Positions 57,613 through 64,000 of a DNA stretch of 64,000 nt are shown here, in pieces. Source of the DNA: Actinomycetota bacterium (GTDB lineage: Bacteria > Actinomycetota > UBA4738 > HRBIN12). Position numbers and translations under genes: made by a program. The notes under the pieces are model-generated. The model saw only the letters and a program-made list of their open reading frames with translations, ran no database searches and had not been told where the DNA came from. How positions within the stretch are numbered: the first letter of the stretch is position 1; each line of letters starts with the position of its first letter. The stretch lies in the NCBI GenBank assembly GCA_034667405.1, contig JAXDJX010000019.1, positions 1,620-65,619 on the forward strand. Direction: 5' to 3'.

Positions 57613-58956
57613 CTAGGCGAAGACCGCGGCGGGAGCAGGGACCACGCGGCCGCGCAAGTGATGTGCCGCCGTATCAACGACCTCCGCCCAGACGAACGTC
57701 CCAGGATCCAGCGGCTCCGGAAGATGCACGATGCGGTTGGTGCGCGTCCGCGATTGCGTCGATAGACCCTTGCGGTCTCCTCCCTCGACCAGCACCTCGA
57801 CGATGGATCCGAGCTGCGCTGCGGACGCCTCCTCCGAGATCGCGGTCTGAAGTTCCAGGAGACGGTCGAACCGCTCCTGAACGATCTCCTTGGGGATCTG
57901 GTCGTCGAAGTTGGCGGCCCGCGTGCCGGGGCGTGGGGAGTATTGGAACATGAAGGCACTGTCGAACCGGGCTGTTCGGACGGTCTCCAAGGTCTCGGCG
58001 AAGTCGGCCTCGGTCTCCCCCGGGAATCCCACGATGACATCGGTTGAGACGGCGACGTGGGGAATGGCCGCGCGGATGGCATCGAGCCAGCCCAGGTACC
58101 GCTCGCGTCGGTAGGACCGTTGCATGGCCTTGAGGACGCGATCCGACCCCGACTGAAGCGGGAAATGGATGTGTTCACAGACGTTCTCGCATCCCGCCAT
58201 GGCGTCGATCACATCTGGTGTGAAGTCGTGCGGGTGCGGACTCGTGAACCTGATCCTTCGGATCCCCTCGACGTTGTTGACCTCCCGCAGCAGCGTGGCG
58301 AACAGGGGCTTGTTGGGCGAGTCGGGGACGGTCACATCTCGGCCGAACGTGTTGACGTTCTGACCCAGCAGGGTCACCTCGACGACGCCCTTGGAAACGA
58401 GCCCCTGCACCTCGGCCAAGATGTCCCCGATGCCCCGTGACCGCTGCGGACCTCGGACGAACGGCACGATGCAGAACGTGCAGGCGTTGTCACAACCCGG
58501 CGCGATGGATACCCAAGCTCTGAAGCTATCCTGCCGAACCGCCGGCAGGGCACTGGGGAACAGTTCCGTGTAGTCCCTCACGTCCATCTGTGGACCGTCC
58601 TCTTCCGCTGCTCTAAGGAGGTCCATGAGGCGGGGCAGCGCGTGGGTCCCGATCACGACGTCTACCCACGGCGCCCGTTCCTGGATCAGACCTTGATCCT
58701 TCTGCGCGAGACAACCGGCGACGACGATCCGCAGCGAGGGGTTCTCTTCCTTGAGCGGCTTGAGATGCCCCAGGTTGCCGTAGAGCTTGTTGTCCGCGTT
58801 CTCGCGGATGGCGCACGTGTTCAACACGATGACCTGTGCCTGCGAGGCATCCCGCGTCGGCGCCATCCCCTCGGCCACGAGGACGCCGGCGATGCGCTCG
58901 GAATCGTGCTCATTCATCTGGCACCCGAAGGTGCGGATCAGGTACTTCGGCTCCAT
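57613..58956 (-). CDS. miaB: tRNA-2-methylthio-N6-dimethylallyladenosine synthase (radical SAM methylthiotransferase)
   Basis: 447 aa. UPF0004 N-terminal domain with three Cys, radical SAM CDNACTFC, TRAM C-terminus. Confidence 0.9.
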   Translation of the reverse strand: MEPKYLIRTFGCQMNEHDSERIAGVLVAEGMAPTRDASQAQVIVLNTCAIRENADNKLYGNLGHLKPLKEENPSLRIVVAGCLAQKDQGLIQERAPWVDVVIGTHALPRLMDLLRAAEEDGPQMDVRDYTELFPSALPAVRQDSFRAWVSIAPGCDNACTFCIVPFVRGPQRSRGIGDILAEVQGLVSKGVVEVTLLGQNVNTFGRDVTVPDSPNKPLFATLLREVNNVEGIRRIRFTSPHPHDFTPDVIDAMAGCENVCEHIHFPLQSGSDRVLKAMQRSYRRERYLGWLDAIRAAIPHVAVSTDVIVGFPGETEADFAETLETVRTARFDSAFMFQYSPRPGTRAANFDDQIPKEIVQERFDRLLELQTAISEEASAAQLGSIVEVLVEGGDRKGLSTQSRTRTNRIVHLPEPLDPGTFVWAEVVDTAAHHLRGRVVPAPAAVFA

Positions 58957-58986
58957 GGCGTCGAGGCTACTACCTGCGTGGATGCG

Positions 58987-60519
58987 TTACTTCGCGTACT
59001 CGATGGCCCGTGATTCCCTTACCACGGTGATCCGGATCTGGCCGGGATACTGCAGTTCCTCCTCCACCTGCTTGGCGATGTCACGGGCGATGACCTGCGC
59101 CTGCATGTCGTCGACCTCCTGCGGCAGCACCATGACGCGCACCTCTCGGCCCGCCTGCATCGCGAAGACCTTCTCGACGCCTGGTTGCGCCGTGCAGATC
59201 TCCTCCAGGCGCTCCAACCGCTTCACGTAGGTCTCCAGCGATTCCCGTCGTGCTCCCGGGCGGCCACCGCTGATCCCATCGGCGATCTGGGCAAGCACCG
59301 CGTCGACGGAGTGCTGCTCGACCTCACCGTGGTGAGACTCGATGCAGTGGACGACCTCGGGGCTCTCTCCCAACCGGCGCGCGATCTCTGCCCCGATGAT
59401 CGCGTGAGAGCCCTCGACCTCGTGCGTGACGGCTTTCCCGATGTCGTGAAGGAAGGCTCCACGTTTGGCGATCGTTGCGTCCAGTCCGATCTCGGCGGCG
59501 ATGGCGCTCGCGATGTGGGCCGACTCGACCAGGTGCCGGAGCACGTTCTGACCGTAGGAGGTCCGATACTGGAGTTGTCCCAAGAGCTTGATGATGTCGG
59601 GGTGGATGTCGGGGATACCGACTTCGGCCACCGCATCCTCGCCCGCCCGCCTGATCCGATCCTCGATATCCCGCATCGAGCGTTCGTGCAGTTCTTCGAT
59701 GCGGGCGGGATGGATCCGCCCGTCTGCGACGAGCTTCTCCAACGTCATGCGGGCCGCCTCGCGTCGAACCGGGTCGAACGAGCTGAGAACGACGGCTTCG
59801 GGCGTGTCGTCGATGATGATGTTGACCCCCGTGGTTGCCTCGAAGGCGCGGATGTTGCGCCCTTCCCGGCCGATGATGCGACCCTTCATGTCCTCACTGG
59901 GCAGGGCGAACACGCTCACGGTGGATTCCGCGGTCTGTTCCGAGGCGACGCGCTGGATGGCGATGGTCACGATCTTTCGCGCTCGCTCCTCACCCTCTTC
60001 CCGGGCACGTTGCTCGATCTCCCGGACCTGGCTCATCGCGTGGCGTTTCGCATCCTCCAGGATCTGTGCCATGAGGACCTCGCGACCCTCGCTCGAGGTC
60101 ATCCCCGCGATCTTCTCCAACTGGGCCCTGTGGAGATCGGTGGCCCGTTCCAATTGCTCGCGGACGTAGGTCAGCCGCTCTTCCCGCTCGTCGAGTTCTG
60201 CTACGCGCGTGGCGACGGCGGCGTTCTTGGAACGGATGTCCTCCTCCGAGTCCGTGATCCGGCGCTCGATCCGCGCGATCTCGTCGCGCCGGGCCCGGAC
60301 GTCCTCCTCAGCCTCCCGACGGATCGCGGTGGCTTCCTGCTTGGCGCCGTCCACTGCCTGTTTGAGGCTCTGCGCGGCTTCCTGTTGGGCTTCAAGCAGC
60401 GCCTTCTGCGCTTGGGATTCGATGCTGTGGGCGTTGGAGGCGGCGATGGTCTTGCGGTAAAGGAATCCGGCGACGGCGCCCACCGCGAGGGCGCCGATGG
60501 CGATGACGACTTGAGGCAT
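58987..60519 (-). CDS. rny: Ribonuclease Y
   Basis: 510 aa. N-terminal TM, long coiled coil, KH domain (GRIIGREGRNIRAFE), HD domain (HDIGKA). Confidence 0.9.
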   Translation of the reverse strand: MPQVVIAIGALAVGAVAGFLYRKTIAASNAHSIESQAQKALLEAQQEAAQSLKQAVDGAKQEATAIRREAEEDVRARRDEIARIERRITDSEEDIRSKNAAVATRVAELDEREERLTYVREQLERATDLHRAQLEKIAGMTSSEGREVLMAQILEDAKRHAMSQVREIEQRAREEGEERARKIVTIAIQRVASEQTAESTVSVFALPSEDMKGRIIGREGRNIRAFEATTGVNIIIDDTPEAVVLSSFDPVRREAARMTLEKLVADGRIHPARIEELHERSMRDIEDRIRRAGEDAVAEVGIPDIHPDIIKLLGQLQYRTSYGQNVLRHLVESAHIASAIAAEIGLDATIAKRGAFLHDIGKAVTHEVEGSHAIIGAEIARRLGESPEVVHCIESHHGEVEQHSVDAVLAQIADGISGGRPGARRESLETYVKRLERLEEICTAQPGVEKVFAMQAGREVRVMVLPQEVDDMQAQVIARDIAKQVEEELQYPGQIRITVVRESRAIEYAK

Positions 60520-60743
60520 GGTGTCTCCCCTTATCCCTATGGGGAGAGGACCCTTCCGGGCCGGCGCGATGGCGGGGTTCGGGAACTACGGGGCGCCGCG
60601 GACTATCGCGAGCTCCGTTCTGTCGAACGTGTAGGTGTCAGTTCCGGTCACAGGGCCTCTGGCGTCGGTTAGGTAAGTGGTTCTCTCGTGGCCTGCGATG
60701 CTACGGCCGCCGAACCCGTCCGGCAAGACGCAACAGGCGCAGA

Positions 60744-61238
60744 TCACGGCTCCTGATCGGCTCCCTGCAGGTCAAGTGCCCTGCGAGCGGCGCTGCGTGC
60801 GATCTGGGGCCCGTATCCCCGTCGGGCCAGGAGTCCCACCAGCCGCGCGTAGGCCTTCTCCGGGGGGAGCGCCCCCATCCGCACGGCTTTCGACGCAGCG
60901 AGCTCGAATGCACGCTCCTCGTCATCCACGGCCACCCCTTCGAGCACCTCGTCCGCCACGGAGCGAGAGACACCCTTGGCGGCCAGGGCGCTCGCCACCG
61001 CACGAGAACCGGACTTCCTATTTTCCAGATGATGAGCGGCGAGTTGCTGGGCGAACGAGAGATCGTCGATGAGGCCGACGCCCTCAAGCCGGCCGAGCAC
61101 ATCCGCCACCTCTCGGCGTTCGAAGCCGGCGGCGGAGAGGCGTCGTTCGAGCTCCTGACGGCTGCGTGGGCGCACCGCCAGGAGCCCGAGCGCGCGCTCG
61201 CGGCAATCCTTGGGATTCTTGGCCTGGCCCCGAGGCAC
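60744..61238 (-). CDS. recX: RecA regulator RecX
   Basis: 164 aa three-helix-repeat RecX. Six bp downstream of the recA stop. Confidence 0.85.
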   Translation of the reverse strand: MPRGQAKNPKDCRERALGLLAVRPRSRQELERRLSAAGFERREVADVLGRLEGVGLIDDLSFAQQLAAHHLENRKSGSRAVASALAAKGVSRSVADEVLEGVAVDDEERAFELAASKAVRMGALPPEKAYARLVGLLARRGYGPQIARSAARRALDLQGADQEP

Positions 61239-61244
61239 GGCCGA

Positions 61245-62432
61245 TCAGGCCTCGGCGTCGGCTTTCGCCTTCGCTCTCCCGCTGGGCGGGGCGGCGTCTT
61301 CCAGGACGGCATCCGGGATGATCTCGATGGGCTTGTCGGCGTCTTCGCCGAATGACGTGAGTCCGACGGCTTCACGGATCTTGCGCTCGATCTCGTCTCG
61401 GATCTCCAGATGTTCACCCAAGAACTGGCGCGCGTTCTCCCGGCCTTGGCCGAGCTGTTCGCCTTCGTAGGTGAACCAGGCTCCCGCCTTCTTCACGATC
61501 TCGAGGTCGACACCCACGTCGATAAGCGCGCCCTCCTTCGAGATGCCCTTGCCGTACATGATGTCGAACTCGCACTGACGGAACGGCGGCGCGACCTTGT
61601 TCTTCACGACCTTCACCCGGGTGCGGGAACCGACGACTTCCTGGCCGTCCTTCAGGTTCTCGATCTTGCGAACGTCAAGACGGACGGACGAGTAGAACTT
61701 CAATGCCCGTCCACCCGGCGTGGTTTCCGGGCTGCCGAACATGACGCCGATCTTCTCGCGGAGCTGGTTGATGAAGATGGCCGTGGTGTCGAACCGGCTG
61801 AGGGATCCGTTCAGCTTCCGCATGGCCTGGGACATGAGTCGGGCCTGCAGACCTACGTGCGTGTCGCCCATCTCCCCTTCGATCTCCGCTCGAGGGGTGA
61901 GGGCGGCGACGGAGTCAACGACCACGACCGCCAGGGCTGCGGATCGAACGAGCATGTCGGCGATCTCGAGCGCCTGCTCCCCGGAGTCGGGCTGAGAGAC
62001 GAGGAGTTCGTCGATATTCACGCCGAGGGCACGCGCGTAGGTGGGGTCGAGTGCGTGTTCGGCATCGATGAACGCGGCGATACCTCCGGCCCGCTGGGCC
62101 TCCGCGATGATGTGGAGACACACCGTGGTCTTCCCGGATCCCTCCGGGCCGAACACCTCAACGATGCGGCCGCGCGGGATGCCCCCGATGCCGAGCGCGA
62201 GGTCGAGAGACATCGACCCCGTAGGGATCACGCCCATCTCGACGTTCATCGGGTGCTCACCGAGCTTCATGACGGCGCCCTTGCCGAACTGCTTCTCGAT
62301 CTGCTGGAGCGTCACGTCCAGCATCTTGTCCCGGTCCACGCGGTCCTCCTTCTTCCGTTGACGCTTCCCGGGGAGAGGCCGGGCGAGCACGTCTTCCATC
62401 TCTGCGAGCACGCTACTGGACTGGTCTGACAT
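61245..62432 (-). CDS. recA: Recombinase RecA
   Basis: Walker [11 protein letters not shown]1/L2 loops, [10 protein letters not shown]-terminal helix. Roughly 24-aa N-terminal extension relative to typical RecA; an alternative start at MEDVL is possible. Confidence 0.97.
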   Translation of the reverse strand: MSDQSSSVLAEMEDVLARPLPGKRQRKKEDRVDRDKMLDVTLQQIEKQFGKGAVMKLGEHPMNVEMGVIPTGSMSLDLALGIGGIPRGRIVEVFGPEGSGKTTVCLHIIAEAQRAGGIAAFIDAEHALDPTYARALGVNIDELLVSQPDSGEQALEIADMLVRSAALAVVVVDSVAALTPRAEIEGEMGDTHVGLQARLMSQAMRKLNGSLSRFDTTAIFINQLREKIGVMFGSPETTPGGRALKFYSSVRLDVRKIENLKDGQEVVGSRTRVKVVKNKVAPPFRQCEFDIMYGKGISKEGALIDVGVDLEIVKKAGAWFTYEGEQLGQGRENARQFLGEHLEIRDEIERKIREAVGLTSFGEDADKPIEIIPDAVLEDAAPPSGRAKAKADAEA

Positions 62433-62476
62433 AACTTACACCCCTGTCATTAGACGGGTCGATCCGCGAACCTTAC

Positions 62477-62492
62477 CCGAACAGGTGTTCGA
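62477..62492. promoter_or_regulatory. LexA (SOS/Cheo-type) box upstream of recA
   Basis: cCGAACAGGTGTTCGAac matches actinobacterial TCGAAC-N4-GTTCGA at 11 of 12 core positions. About 45-60 nt upstream of the recA start. Coordinates approximate. Confidence 0.8.
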
Positions 62493-62502
62493 ACGCAAGC
62501 AA

Positions 62503-63065
62503 CTACGGGCCGAAGGCAGACCGGAGCAGCGGTTCATAGATCGCACCCTCGGATCGGAGGTAGCTTCGGAACAGGGTGACCGAGCTGATGGGAAAGGTCG
62601 TTCCGGTAAGGAGGGCCGAGGACCACCCCGGCGGGACCGAGTGGGGGGAACACATCGGCCGAGCGTGACATGGGGGACGTAGGGACCTTGTCGTTGCGGC
62701 AACCATGCCGAAAAGGACGCGCGGACCAGCGCCTCGATGTCCGCGATCCGCCCCTGCTTATCGTCAACCCCGGCCACCAGGACCCGGGCTCGCTGTGCGC
62801 CGACGGGGAACGAGCCGAGCCTCGCTATCGCCGTTCGGAAATGCACGGCTCCCCGGGCAACGTCCGAGAGCGCTGTACTGAGGCCGTCCACCTCCCCTCC
62901 CGGCACCTGGCCCACGAACCCCAGCGTGAGGTGGTAGTTCGCCTCGGGTACCCATCTCACGGATGGCGCACCTCGGAATGGGTCCACACAACGGGCGAGC
63001 ATCACCCGCACATCGGAGGGAACTTCCAGGGCGACGAAGAGCCGCATCCCATCCGAACGGCTCAC
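62503..63065 (-). pseudogene. thpR: RNA 2-prime,3-prime-cyclic phosphodiesterase ThpR/LigT (2H phosphoesterase), disrupted by a frameshift in a C6 homopolymer
   Basis: Frame A (track 62436..63065) carries both H-x-T-x motifs (HLTLGF, HVTLGR). Frame B (track 62503..62706) carries the canonical C-terminus FPISSVTLFRSYLRSEGAIYEPLL. The frames meet at GGGGGG (plus strand, about 62643-62648). Confidence 0.8.
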
Positions 63066-63066
63066 G

Positions 63067-64000
63067 TCAGATCAGGCGGTCGCCGTCGGGCAACGGCCTG
63101 CTCTCCAGGTAGCGGCGCAGCAGATCGAGCGATGCCTGCTCCGCCCAGGCGCGGACACGGTCGCGCTCCCCGGGGGACACGTACCCACGGGCATGCACCA
63201 CATCCTCGGCATGCAAGCCGATCCACACGGTGCCCGGCTCGGCTCCTCCGTGTGGCTCGGGACCCGCCGCACCGGTGAGCGACAGGCCGATGTCGGCCGA
63301 GAACAACCCGCGGACGCCCTCCGCCATCTCCAGCGCGCACTCCTTGCTCACCACCCCCGGCCCGTCGAGCGTCTCCTGCCGGACCCCCAGGACCGACCGT
63401 TTCGCCCCCGGCGAGTAAACGACGGCGTCGCCGATGAGATACGCCGAGGCGCCGGGGACGGACGTGAGCCGCGCGCCCACGCTCCCACCGGTCAGTGACT
63501 CTGCGAGCGCCACCGTCCTGCCCGAATCCCGGAGCAAGCGGCCCACCGCCTCTTCCAGCGTTTCATCGTTCCGAGTGAACACGACGTCGCCCAACCGCCG
63601 TTCGACCTCCGCCACCATCGGTTCGACGAGAGCCAGGGCCTCGCGCTCGGTTGCCGCCTTCGCGGTGATCCGGATCTTCACCTCTCCGTTCGATGCGAGG
63701 TAGGCCAGGCTCGGGTTGGTGCTTCCTTCGAACAGGTCCGCGACGATCTCGGCAACGCGCGACTCGCCGATCCCCGTGGAGCGAAGGGTCGTGGACCGGA
63801 TCACGGCCGGCCCGGCCAACGCACGGAGCTCGGTCAGGATGGTCCCTTCCATCATCTCCACCATCTCGAGCGGGACCCCCGGAACGGCATAGATGCGAAC
63901 ACCGTCGTCGAGTTCGGCGATGAGGCCGGGCGCGCTGCCTCGGATGGGCTGGATGTAGCGGGCCCCCACCGGCACATCCGCCTGTCGAAGGTTGTTCTGG
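63067..64000 (-). CDS. cinA: Competence/damage-inducible protein CinA, N-terminal part beyond window
   Basis: Two CinA domains: a MoCF-biosynthesis-like part ending ...IYAVPGVPLEMVEMMEG, and a C-terminal PncC-like deamidase part (VALAESLTGGSVGARLTS...GVVSKECALEMA). The reading frame continues past 64000. Confidence 0.85.
   Translation of the reverse strand, partial: QNNLRQADVPVGARYIQPIRGSAPGLIAELDDGVRIYAVPGVPLEMVEMMEGTILTELRALAGPAVIRSTTLRSTGIGESRVAEIVADLFEGSTNPSLAYLASNGEVKIRITAKAATEREALALVEPMVAEVERRLGDVVFTRNDETLEEAVGRLLRDSGRTVALAESLTGGSVGARLTSVPGASAYLIGDAVVYSPGAKRSVLGVRQETLDGPGVVSKECALEMAEGVRGLFSADIGLSLTGAAGPEPHGGAEPGTVWIGLHAEDVVHARGYVSPGERDRVRAWAEQASLDLLRRYLESRPLPDGDRLI

Noticed and set aside
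60600-60660. Possible LexA half-site TCGAACGTGTAGGTGT upstream of rny
   Set aside because: Only the left half-site matches. The right half (AGGTGT) does not resemble GTTCGA.
62436-63065. ORF-track reading of thpR as an intact 209-aa protein ending at 62436
   Set aside because: Its last about 70 residues are low-complexity and non-homologous, and it would read through the recA LexA box to within 4 nt of recA. The conserved ThpR C-terminus is present in another frame (62503..62706), so a frameshifted gene is the better explanation.

Overview
This is a high-GC (~68%) Actinomycetota-type chromosomal segment, almost entirely conserved housekeeping genes. About 58 of 64 features lie on the minus strand. 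The gene order matches the mycobacterial/streptomycete core.

Gene order along the minus strand, from low to high coordinates:
- Left edge: a type IV pilus motor pair (pilT partial, pilB), preceded by a roadblock/LC7-like protein.
- Then aroE-mltG-ruvX-alaS, a DUF948 pair, rarA, two tandem F420-type PPOX-family genes, aspS and hisS.
- Then an MBL hydrolase, dtd, relA/spoT, apt, secF-secD, yajC, ruvB-ruvA-ruvC, yebC and pdxT-pdxS.
- Then DUF3048, htpX-lemA, and the phosphatidylinositol-mannoside cluster pimA-acyltransferase-pgsA1-HIT-thrS. An EF-G paralog is divergent on the plus strand.
- Then a MacB/FtsX-type ABC transporter pair.
- Then a small tRNA-bounded islet (tRNA-Val(CAC) ... tRNA-Val(GAC)/Cys/Gly). 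It holds a secreted DUF2330 protein, a cupredoxin and three hypothetical secreted or membrane proteins.
- Then dut, a VOC protein, nrdJ (class II RNR), nrdR, an SOS-type LysM gene divergent from lexA, and a SIS protein.
- Then hflX, the complete succinylase-branch dapD-dapC-dapE-dapF cluster, miaA-miaB, rny, recX-recA, a frameshifted thpR, and cinA (partial).

Non-genic signals seen directly in the sequence:
- Four LexA (Cheo-type TCGAAC-N4-GTTCGA) boxes: upstream of recA, two between lexA and the LysM gene, and one overlapping the ruvC start.
- An NrdR-box palindrome just upstream of nrdR.
- A striking triplet of DnaA-box-like 9-mers at 11-bp phasing in the nrdJ leader.
- A single-base frameshift in a C6/G6 homopolymer that splits thpR.

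There are no CRISPR arrays, no integrases or transposases, and no rRNA. I did not find one clearly novel multi-gene system. The most unusual loci are the roadblock-pilBT arrangement, the tRNA islet, the nrdJ-leader repeats and the thpR frameshift.

Hand-derived motif coordinates are approximate (+/-3 nt). CDS coordinates follow the supplied ORF track. Starts were trimmed where conserved N-termini begin internally, and the track shows GTG/TTG starts as M.
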